Assembly (NCBI RefSeq): GCF_044704955.1
Contig: NC_091986.1
Location: forward strand, 164,920,001 to 164,984,000
Length of the DNA: 64,000 nt
Source of the DNA: Pristiophorus japonicus
Taxonomy: Eukaryota
Direction of reading: 5' to 3'
Under the pieces are notes generated by a model that worked only from the letters and a program-made list of their open reading frames with translations, made no database searches and had not been told where the DNA came from. Both the position numbers and the translations under genes were made by a program. Of this stretch, positions 1 through 10,858 are shown piece by piece (within the stretch, counting starts at the first letter, position 1; each line of letters begins with the position of its first letter).

Positions 1-1792
1 GGAGAGCCTACTCAAGTCGGTACCATGCACGGTGGTTTTTCAGGACGACATATTGGTCACGGGTCGGGACACTGTCAAGCATCTACAAAATCTGGAGGAG
101 GTCCTCCAGCGACTGGATTGCGTAGGGCTGCGGCTGAAAAGGTCGAAATGCATCTTCATGGCAACAGAAGTGGAGTTTTTGGGGAGAAAGATCGCGGCAG
201 ACGGCATTCGGCCCACAGACGCCAAGACAGAGGCTATCAGGAACACGCCCAGGCTACAGAACGTCACGGAGCTGCAGTCGTTCCTGGGACTCCTCAACTA
301 TTTTGGTAACTTCCAACCAGGGTAAAGCACCCTCTTAGAGCCCCTACATGTGTTATTGCGTAAAGGTGAGAACTGGGTATGGGGAAAAAAACAAGTAATT
401 GCTTTTGAGAAAGCCAGAAACATTTTATGCTCCAACAAGCTGCTTGTATTGTATAACCCGTGTAAAAGATTTGTGCTAGCATGTGATGCGTCATCGTACG
501 GAGTCGGGTGTGTATTACAACAAGCTAACATTGCGCCTATGCCTCCAGGAGCTTGTCTAAGGCCGAGAGGGCCTGCAGCATGATTGAGAAAGAGCCATTA
601 GCGTGTGTGTTCGAGGTAAAGAAAATGCATCAGTACCTGTTTGGCCTCAAATTTGAGCTGGAAACCGATCACAAGCCCCTCATATTCCTGTTCGCTGAAA
701 ACAAGGGGATAAATACTAATGCCTCAGCCCGCATACAAAGGTGGGCACTCACGCTATCAGCGTATAACTACATCATCCGCCACAGGCCAGGCACCGAGAA
801 CTGTGCGGCTGCTCTCAGCCGGCTACCATTGCCCACCATGGGGGTGGAAATGGCGCAGCATGCAAACTTGTTGATGGTGGCGCAGCCCGCAGACTTGTTA
901 ATGGTCATGGAAGCGTTTGAAAATGATAAGTCACCTGTCATGGCCCACCAGATTAGGACTTGGACCAGCCAAGATCCTCTGCTGTCCCTCGTAAAAAACT
1001 GTGTATTGCATGGGAGCTGGGCCAGTATCCCCATTGAAATGCAAGAGTTAATCAAGCCGTTGCAGCGGCGAAAGGACGAGCTGTCCATTCAGGCAGACTG
1101 CCTGTTGTGGGGTAACTGCGTAGTGCTACCAAAAAAGGGCAGGGAGACGTTCATCTCGGATCTCCACAGCATATACCCAGGTATGGTAATGATGAAAGCG
1201 ATAGCCAGATCCCACGTGTGGTGGCCCGGTATCAACTCTTAGAGTCCTGTGTACGGCAATGCAGCGTGTGTGCTCAGTTGAGCAACGCGCCCAGAGAGGC
1301 ACCACGAAGTTTGTGGTCCTGGCCTTCCAGACCATGGTCGAGGATCCATGTCGGCTATGCGGGCCCGTTTCTCGGTAAAATATTCCTGGTGGTGGCGGAT
1401 GCTTTTTCAAAATGGATTGAATGTGAAATAATGTCGGGAAGCACCGCCACCGCCACCATTGAAAGCCTGAGGGCCATGTTTGCCACCCACGGCCTGCCTG
1501 ACATACTGGTCAGTGACAACGGGCCATGTTTCACCAGTGCCAAATTTAAAGAATTCATGACCCGCAATGGGATCAAAGATGTCACCTCGGCCTCCTTTAA
1601 ACCAGCCTCCAGTGGGCAGGCAGAGCGGGCAGTACAAACAATCAAACAGAGCCTCAAACGAGTCACGGAAGGCTCACTCCAAACCCGCCTGTCCCGGATA
1701 CTGCTCAGCTACCGCACGAGACCACACTCGCTCACAGGGGTGCCCCCGGCTGAGCTACTCATGAAAAGCACACTTAAAACCAGACTCTCGCT
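1..1792 (+). mobile_element. Gypsy (Mag/K02A2.6-like) LTR retrotransposon family A, degenerate pol fragment (RT, RNase H, integrase), 3'-truncated
   Basis: ORFs 32-325 (FQDDIL RT motif), 350-1242 (LACDASSYGVG and ETDHKPL RNase H motifs; RSHVWWPG) and 1218-1826 (LVSDNGPCFTS integrase core). Frameshifted. Same family as the element at 45297-58446. Confidence 0.93.
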
Positions 1793-3251
1793 AGGGATCC
1801 AAAGTCTCAGAAACTGGAAATTCTAACAGAGCGTCGAAGTCGTGCTATAGGTGCCTGGGACAACACATTGCTCAAAGTTGTCCATATGTGAAAGCAGAGT
1901 GTTTCTTCTGCAGAAAGACTGGGCATCTTGCGAAGGCATGCCGACTGAAGGGTAACCAGTTTTCAAAGCCACGAGTCCAGCGTTCAAAGCTATGAGTCGA
2001 AATCCCCAGAGACTACATAGCATGGAAGAAGAACAACATGACAAGGAGATGTTAGTTACACGTCATCAGGAGCACGAGGTTAACAGACAGCGATTCGGAA
2101 AGTATCAAAATCCACATAGATGTTGCGGGATTCAAGATACCAATGGAAATCGACGCGGGTGCATCAGTGAGTGTAGTACCGGAGTCGCTATACCGCGACA
2201 AATTGCGTGATTTCCCATTCGAGAAATCCAAGATAGAGCTGCAAGGCTATTCGGCAGAGAAAATTCCTGTGGTAGGTCATATCACTGTACCGGTGAAATA
2301 CAAGACTCAAGTTCAGAACTTACCTCTAATAGTAGTGAAAGGAGACAAGCCTGCCTTACTAGGAAGAAATTGGTTGGGATCACTGAAGCTGGATTGGAAT
2401 GAGATTTTTCGTGTGGAAGCAAGATTTGCATCAACGGATGATGTTATCAAAAAGTATCCGAAGGTCTTCTTTGAAAGGCACAGTCCGATCCAAGGCTTCA
2501 AGGTGAGTGTCAGGGCACAGAAGGACGTGAGATCGGTTTACTACAAGCCACGTTCTGTACCATATGCACTCAAGGAGAAAGTTGAGCAAGAACTCAAAAG
2601 ACTAGCGCCTGAGATCATTATTTGTAAGATAGATTGATGTAATTGGGCCACACCCATTGTTGTTGTACCTAAGTCCGATGGTAAGGTAAGATTGTGTGGT
2701 GTTCTAAAGTAACACCACTTCAGGTTCTAGAGGGTAATTTAATAGGCAACCATTTGGAGTGTCTTCCGCCCCTGCCATATTCCAAGGGGCGAAGAATCAG
2801 ATTTTGCAAGGTATTGAAGGAGTAGTATGTTATTTGGATGACATACTAATTTCAGCACCAAATAGGCAAATGCATAATAACATATTGAATTAAGTCCTCA
2901 AATGGCTAGAGAAGCACAGAGTATGAGTGTCTGCTCGTAAGTGTGAGTTATTTAAAAACTCAGTGGAGTACTTAGGGTACAGAGTAGACAAAGATGGTTT
3001 ACATTCAACCATGGGAAAGCTGGATGCAATCAGAAATGCACCCACTCCCAGGAATGTCACTGAACTTTGTTCATTTTTGAGTCTTTTGAACTATTATGGG
3101 AAGTTCCTCCCAAATTTGGCTATAGTATTACATCCACTGAATAAACTATTGAAAAAACAAGTCCATTGGAAGTGGTCAAAAGAATGTGATACAGCATTCA
3201 AGGAGTGTAAAACAAATTGGTAGAGAGCACCATGTTAGTTCACTATGACGC

Positions 3252-5288
3252 ATCAGAAAGGAAAAGGAAGCAGGGTGGCATTGCTGGTTAAAGAGGAAAT
3301 TAATGCAATTGTAAGGAAGGACTGGGAGAATTTTGTAATACAGCAGAGGAGGACAAAGGGTTTAATTAGGAGGGGGAAAATAGAGTATGAGGGGAAGCTT
3401 GCTGGGAAACTAAAAACTGACTGCAAAAGCTTCTATAGATATGTGAAGAGAAAAAGATTAGTGAAAACAAACGTAGATCCCTTGCAATCAGATTCAGGTG
3501 AATTTATAATGGGGAACAAAGAAATGGCAGATGAGTTAAACAAATACTTTGGTTCTGTTTTCACGAAAGAAGACACAAATAACCCTCCAGAAATAATAGG
3601 GGATCGAGGGTCTAGTGAGAAGGAGGAACTGAAGGATATCCTTATACAGCGGGAAATTGTGTTAGGGAAATTGATGGGATTGAGGGCCGATAAATCCCCG
3701 GGGCCTGATAGTCTGCATCCCAGAGTACTTAAGGAAGTGGTCCCAGAGTACTTAAGGAAGTGGCCATAGAAATAGTGGATGCATTGGTGATCATTTTCCA
3801 ACAGTCTATCGAATCTGGATCAGTTCTTATGGACTGGGCGGTAGCTAATGTAACACCAATGTTTAAAAAAGGAGGGAGAGGGAAATGGGTAATTATAGAC
3901 CTGTTAGCCTGACATCAGTAGTGGGGAAAATGTTGGAATCAATTATTAAAGATGAAATAGCAGCGCATTTGGAAAGCAGTGACAAGATCGGTCCAAGTCA
4001 GCATGGATTTATGAAAAGGAAATCATGCTTGACAAATCTTCTGGAATTTTTTGAGGATGTAACTAGTAGAGTAGATAAGGGAGAACCAGTGGATGTGGTG
4101 TATTTGAACTTTCAAAAGGCTTTTGACATGGTCCCACACAAGAGATTGGTGTGCAAAATCAAAGCATATGGTATTGGGGGTAATGTACTGACGTGGATAG
4201 AGAACTGGTTGGCAGACAGGAAGCAGAGAGTCAGGATAAACAGGTCCTTTTCAGAATGGCAGGCAGTGACTAGTGAAGTGCCGTAGAGCTCAGTGCTGGG
4301 ACCCCAGCTCTTTACAATATACATTAATGATTTAGATGAAGGAATTGAGTGTAATATCTCCAAGTTTGCAGATGACACTAAACTGGGTGGCGGTGTGAGC
4401 TGTGAGGAGGACGCGAAGAGGCTGCAGGGTGACTTGGACAGGTTAGGTGAGTGGGCAAATGCATGGCAGATGCAGTGTAATGTGGATAAATGAGAGATTA
4501 TCCACTTTGGGGGCAAAAACACAAAGGCAGAATATTATCTGAATGGCGGCAGATTAGGAAATGGGGAGGTGCAACAAGACCTGGGTGTCATGGTTCATCA
4601 GTCGTTGAAAGTTGGCATGCAGATACAGCAGACGGTGAAGAAGGCAAATGGTATGTTGGCTTTCATAGCTAGGGAATTTGAGTATAGGAGCAGGGAGGTC
4701 TTACTGCAGTTGTACAGGGCCTTGGTGAGGCCTCACCTGGAATATTGTGTTCAGTTTTGGTCTCCTAATCTGAGGAAGGACATTCTTGCTATTGAGGGAG
4801 TGCAGCGAAGGTTCACCAGACTGATTCCCGGGATGGCGGGACTGACATATGAGGAGAGACTGGATCAACTGGGCCTTTATTCACTGGAGTTTAGAAGGAT
4901 GAGAGGGGATCTCATAGAAACATATAAGATTCTGACGGGACGGGACAAGTTAGATGCGGGAAGAATGTTCCAGATGTTGGGGAAGTCCAGAACCAGGGCA
5001 CATAGTCTTAGGATAAGGGGTACGCCATTTAGGACTAAGATGAGGAGAAACTTCCTCACTCAGAGAGTTGTTAACCTGTGGAATTCCCTAGTTGTTGATG
5101 CCAGTTCATTGGATACATTCAAGAGGGAGTTAGATATGGTCCTTACGGCTAAAGGGATCAAGGGATATGGAGAGAAAGCTGGAAAGGGGTACTGATGGAA
5201 TGATCAGCCATGATCTTATTGAATGGTGGTGCAGGCTCGAAGGGCCGAATGGCCTACTCCTGCACCTATTTTCTATGTTTCTATGTTC
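3252..5288 (+). mobile_element. CR1 LINE, 5'-truncated, degenerate ORF2 plus 3' UTR
   Basis: KSPGPD, GNYRPVSLTS, QHGF and [10 protein letters not shown] motifs; 3' tail TTTCTATGTTTCTATGTT; internal deletion at ~3320. Confidence 0.95.
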
Positions 5289-6171
5289 CTATTAGGAGAC
5301 CTCCATGACCAGCACCTGGGAATGTGCTTGACCAAGAGTTTTGCACACAGTTATTTATGGTGGCTAGGTCTTGATAAAGATATAGAGTACATCGTGAGTC
5401 AGTGTACGACATGTCAATCGGTAGGCAAGCAACCACCATCAGTACCATCACAGCCATGAAAATGGCCTCCCAGGGTGTGGCAAAGGCTACATATTGATTT
5501 TTCTGAGTTAGAAGGACAACAATTGTTCATTGTGATTGATAGCCATTCGAAGTGGGTTGAGGTGTTCCCAATGTGAAAAATAACAAGTAAAACATTAGAC
5601 ATTTTGCAAAGATTATTTTCTTCATTTGGCCTCCCAGAAGAAATTGTTTTGGATAATGGACCACAATTTCATTCAGAAGTTTGCACAATTCACGAGCAAA
5701 AATGGTGTGAAACATACCACCCTGCCTTGAATGGTGCAGCAGAAGGCACTATACAAATTGTAAAACGTGCCCTCATAAAACAAATGTTAGATCCAAATCC
5801 AAAGAAACGAAAGTTGTCATTGGATCACAACTTGGCTAATTCTTTGATTACATACCGTAATACTCCTCATACAACTACTGGTAGAACACCAGCAGAGTTG
5901 TTTCTCAAACGACAGCCAGGAACCAGATTCTCATTGCTAAAACCAAATTTGGCACAATCCACAGAAGCGACACAATTAAGACAGAAAGAGAATCATGATA
6001 GAGATGGAGTAAAAGAGAGAAGTATGAAATTAAACCAGAAGGTGAGAGTGAAGTACCATCATCATAAATGGGTAAAGTGGTTACTTGGAAGAATAGTGAA
6101 AATATGTGGTCCTCGCACATATTTAGTAAAGATGTTTAATAATGGACAGGTTAGGTTTGTTCATATTGATC

Positions 6172-8638
6172 ATATCGATTGGTCAAATCAAATCGCACGG
6201 GGTAGACTTGAGGAGGAATTCATAGAATGCATACAGGATTGTTTCTTAGAACAGTATGTTACAGAACCTACAAATGAGCAAGCTATCTTAGATCTGATCC
6301 TGTGTAATGAGTCAGGAATAATAAACGATCTCCTCGTAAAAGATCCTCTCGGAATGAGTGATCACAGTATGGTTGAACTTGTAATACAGATTGAGGGTGA
6401 GGATGTAGTGTCTCAAACTAGCGTACTATGCTTAAACAAAGGGGACTACAGTGGGATGAGGGCAGAGTTGGCTAACGTAGACTGGGAACACAGACTAAAC
6501 GGTGGCACAATTGAGGAACAGTGGAGGACTTTTAAGGAGCTCTTTCATAGTGCTCAACAAAAATATATTCCAGTGAAAAAGAAGGGCGGTAAGAGAAGGG
6601 ATAACCAGCTGTGGATAACCAAGGAAATAACGGAGAGTATCAAATTAAAAACCAATGCGTATAAGGTGGCCAAGGTTAGTGGGAAATTAGAAGATTGGGA
6701 AAATTTTAAACGACAGCAAAGAATGACTAAGAAAGCAATAAAGAAAGGAAAGATAGATTACGAAAGTAAACTTGCGCAAAACATAAAAACAGATAGTAAA
6801 AGCTTTTACCGATATATAAAACAGAAAAGAGTGACTAAAGTAAATGTTGGTCCCTTAGAAGATTAGAAAGGGAATTTAATAATGGGAAATGTGGAAATGG
6901 CTGAGACCTTAAACAATTATTTTGCTTCGATCTTCACAGTGGAAGACACAAAAATCATGCCAAAAATTGCTGGTCACGGGAATGTGGGAAGGGAGGACCT
7001 TGAGACAATCACTATCACTAGGGGGGTAGTGCTGGACAGGCTAATAGGACTCAAGGTAGACAAGTCCCCTGGTCCTGATGAAATGCATCCCAGGGTATTA
7101 AAAGAGATGGCGGAAGTTATAGCAGATACATTCGTTATAATCTACCAAAATTTTCTGGACTCTGGGGAGGTGCCATCGGATTGGAAAGCAGTGAATTTAA
7201 TGCCTCTGTTTAAAAAAGGGGGCAGACAAAAGGCAGGTAACTATAGGCCAGTTAGTTTAACATCTGTAGTGGGGAAAATGCTTGAAGCTATCATTAAAGA
7301 AGAAATAGCGGAATATCTAGATAGGAATAGTGCAATCAAGCAGACGCAACATGGATTCATGAAGGGGAAATCATGTGTAACTAATTTACTGGAATATATA
7401 ACGAGCATGATGGATAGAGGTGTACCGATGGATGTGGTGTATTTAGATTTCCAAAAGGCATTCGATAAGATGCTACACAAAAGTTTACTGCAGAAGATAA
7501 AGGTACGCGGAGTCAGAGGAAATGTATTAGCATGGATAGAGAATTGGCTGGCTAACAGAATTCAGAGAGTCGGGATAAATGGGTCCTTTTCGGGTTGGAA
7601 ATCGGTGGTTAGTGGTGTGCCACAGAGATCGGTGCTGGGATCACAACTGTTTACAATATACATAGATGACCTGGAAGAGGGGACAGAGTGTAGTGTAACA
7701 AAAGTTGCAGATGACACAAAGATTAGTGGGAAAGCGGGTTGTGTAGAGGACACAGAGAGGCTGCAAAGAGATTTAGATAGGTTAAGCAAATGGGCTAAGG
7801 TTTGGCAGATGGAATACAATGTCAGAAAATGTGAGGTCATCCACCTTGGGAAAAAAAAGCAGTAAAAGGGAATATTATTTGAATGGGGAGAAATTACAAC
7901 ATGCTGCAGTGCAGAGGGACCTGGGGGTCCTTGTGCATGAATCCCAAAAAGTTAGTTTGCAGGTGCAGCAGGTAATCAGGAAGGCGAATGGAAGGCCTTC
8001 ATTGTGAGAGGGATGGAGTACAAAAGCAGGGAGGTCCTGCTGCAACTGTACAGGGTATTGGTGAGGCCGCACCTGGAGTACTGCATGCAGTTTTGGTCAC
8101 CTTACTTAAGGAAGGATATACTAGCTTTGGAAGGGGTACAGAGACGATTCACTAGGCTGATTCCGGAGATGAGGGGGTTACCTTATGATGATAGATTGAG
8201 TAGACTAGCTCTTTACTCGTTGGAGTTCAGAAGGATGAGGGGTGATCTTATAGAAACATTTAAAATAATGAAAGGGATAGACAAGATAGAGGCAGAGAGG
8301 TTGTTTCCACTGGTTGGGGAGACTAGAACTAGGGGGCACAGCCTCAGGGAACCAATTTAAAACCGAGTTGAGAAGGAATTTCTTCTCCCAGAGGGTTGTG
8401 AATCTGTGGAATTCTCTGCCCAAGGAAGCAGTTGAGGCTAGCTCATTGAATATATTCAAATCACAGATAGATAGATTTTTAACCAATAAGGGAATTAAGG
8501 GTTATGGGGAGCGGGCGGGTAAGTGGAGCTGAGTCCACGGCCAGATCAGCCGTGATCTTGTTGGGTGGCGGAGCAGGCTCGAGGGTCTAGATGGCCTACT
8601 CCTGTTCCTAATTCTTATGTTCATATGTTCTTATGTTC
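6172..8638 (+). mobile_element. CR1 LINE (second subfamily, TTCTTATG tail), 5'-truncated
   Basis: HIDW...ILDLILCN...SDH endonuclease end, RT ORFs 6882-7865 and 8004-8532, tail TTCTTATGTTCATATGTTCTTATGTTC. Confidence 0.95.
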
Positions 8639-8970
8639 CTAGTAATGATGGGGAAGTCCAGAACCAGGGGTCACAGTCTAAGGATAAAGGCTAAGCCATT
8701 TAGGACCGAGATGAGGAGAAACTTCTTCACCCAGAGAGTGGTGAACCTGTGGAATTCTCTACCACAGAAAGTTGTTGAGGCCAATTCACTAAATATATTT
8801 AAAAAGGAGTTAGATGTAGTCCTTACTACTAGGGGGATCAAGGGGTATGGCGAGAAAGCAGGAATGGGGTACTGAAGTTGCATAATCAGCCATGAACTCA
8901 TTGAATGGCGGTGCAGGCTCAAAGGGCCGAATGGCCTACTCCTGCACCTATTTTCTATGTTTTTTTTTCT
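8633..8970 (+). mobile_element. CR1 LINE 3' fragment (TTCTATG subfamily)
   Basis: GKSRTRGHSLRI...KGYGEKAGMGY* followed by 3' UTR and tail; very similar to 24725-25062. Confidence 0.93.
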
Positions 8971-9406
8971 ATATTTTACCTACAGACGTGGAAGGAGTTG
9001 AAGGTGGGAATGATTCAATTATTTCTGATTCATCAGATAGTTTTGATATACCAGTAGCAAATCCTACATCTAATGTACTGGAAACAAATCCAAGAGAAAG
9101 TCAGAATGTAAGTCTGAGTCCGAGTCAGGAAAACAAACAGCCTGAAGTTAGAGTGAGTTCAAATGAAAATCAAGGCAATTCCGTGGAGGAAAACGTTCCT
9201 CAGGATGAGCCTCGAAGGAGTTTCAATTCAACGCCATGTTTGGAAGGTTCTGTTCGAGAGCGAAGTTATTCTCTTCGAAACAGAAAACAAGTGGTGAAGT
9301 TAAATTTGTAAATATGGAAAAAATAAGTCTATATCCTGTGTTATATATAAACATGCAAGTTATGTATGATGTTGTTATAATAATTTCTTCATGAAGGAGG
9401 GAGAAG

Positions 9407-9580
9407 TGTAATGTCTATAAGCTTGTAATGTTTGTAGCTCCACACTGTGGATGTGGACCTATTGTGTACTGCAACTACAGAGTTAATAATTAAACAGACC
9501 AGGCTGTTCCGGAGGTTTCCGACAGAGCTGCCTGCTATGTTAGAAGCTGTGTGTGTGCTGTGCTCTGTGAATATATCACA
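9407..9580 (+). repeat. 3' LTR of Gypsy B copy 1 (~174 bp)
   Basis: Follows PPT GAAGGAGGGAGAAG; TGTAAT...ATCACA termini; 3' half resembles the LTR at 19025-19143. Confidence 0.75.
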
Positions 9581-10839
9581 GGGACCTCACTTACCATTAG
9601 CCTTCATATGGCAAGCTTAGATCAATCCATAAAAGCAGTCAGAAATCATTTACGGAAAATTCTGTATGAAATTAATGATCAGGAACAAGGGGAATTAAGG
9701 GAGAGCCAGATTATGACCATACATCTACAGGATATGGTCAAATATCTGGAATCTCACGTCAAAAGGGTAGATGAATTTTTAAAGGAGGATAAGAGTGCAT
9801 CCAGCGAAGCAGCACAAAATGATGCATGTATAATGTATGGATCTTGGTTGGTGGGACAAAGCTGGGAAAACCTACCTGAGGTGAAACTCCCCTCATGGGT
9901 GACTGATCGGCATTTAACAGCAGTGTCCACCTACCAACTTATGTGTCAAGTCAGAAGGTCGGTACAGGTACACCCAGTGAAACATGAATGTAATTTACAA
10001 AAGCAAAGAAACATCACCCTATTACGGATGGTGCTTTATTATCCTGTCCTGCCTGAGAAAACGACCCCAAGCACCTTATTCCACATGGAGAACATAGGGG
10101 TGCGTCGAGGTGATCATTTGGTCGAACATGATGAACCCTATGGGTGGCCCCAGATCTCACCGAATGTGCCCAGATACAAGATAAGTTCATCTGTCCTTTA
10201 TGTTGTGACAGAACATTCAGCAGTCGCTTGTGGGTTCAATTGAGATAGGATAGAGTGAAATTGTACCATGAAAGTTACTCTAGGATGGCACTCCCCTGTA
10301 CGGTCAGCATATCGAAGGAAAGGTGAATATTTTATCACCACTATGCACCGTGACTACCAGTTCAATGCCGACCTGTTCAGTCCTGTTACGGCAGGAATGT
10401 TTTATTTTACCCCAGTCAGACCTGTTCGGCTTGGGGCGCCGGTATTATTAAGCATTTATTCACATGAGCATGTGAATATTACTGTAAAGAATGAGCTAAA
10501 AAAAAAATTGCACCGGTACGTGACCCAGTTCGGCTATGACATCCCACCACTCACTGCAAGGAAACTTGGTAGAATTGATGAGGCGCCGACAATAAGTCCA
10601 GAAGCATTATTATATCTTGGCCCAGGGGAACCATGAATTACGGAAAGAAATACCCAAGAAATGACTCATCCTGGTGAGATATTGGTAGAAATATTGAGAT
10701 CCATCCATGGATAAGCATCATCTTCCATGTCTTGGTCATTGTTCAGCTAGTGATTGTGGTATACCGGCTAGTAATAACTTGCCGTATCAAGCGGCAATGT
10801 AAACAGCAAAAGTTGGTCAAGTTGCTACAGAAGACATGA
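9581..10839 (+). pseudogene. Degenerate env / class I fusion glycoprotein of an endogenous retrovirus-like (lokiretrovirus-type) element
   Basis: GTSLTISLHMASL (fusion-peptide-like end), then heptad-like LDQSIKAVRNHLRKILYEI...; VLYYPVL...MENIGVRRGD; ACGFN..NCTMKV; then a frameshifted heptad-like stretch, NDSSW*DIG and hydrophobic HPWISIIFHVLVIVQLVIVVY with a basic tail (frame 1, 10681-10839). Several stops and frameshifts. Confidence 0.7.
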
Positions 10840-10858
10840 AAAGGAGTCAACAAGGGAA

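Larger units (their letters stand above)
1793..9580 (+). mobile_element. Gypsy LTR retrotransposon family B, copy 1 (gag knuckle, protease, RT, integrase, 3' LTR), interrupted by CR1 insertions
   Basis: ~1830-1945 reads CYRCLGQHIAQSCPYVKAECFFCRKTGHLAKAC (CCHC knuckles). 2143-2637 is protease (EIDAGASVS...LLGRNWL). ~2830 has YLDD. Integrase lies at 5290-6175 and its C-terminus at 8971-9311. PPT at 9393-9406. Confidence 0.9.

Noticed and set aside
5604-6866. 420-aa ORF looking like an integrase-endonuclease fusion protein
   Set aside because: Chance in-frame read-through across the CR1 insertion junction at 6172; both parts are truncated and degenerate.
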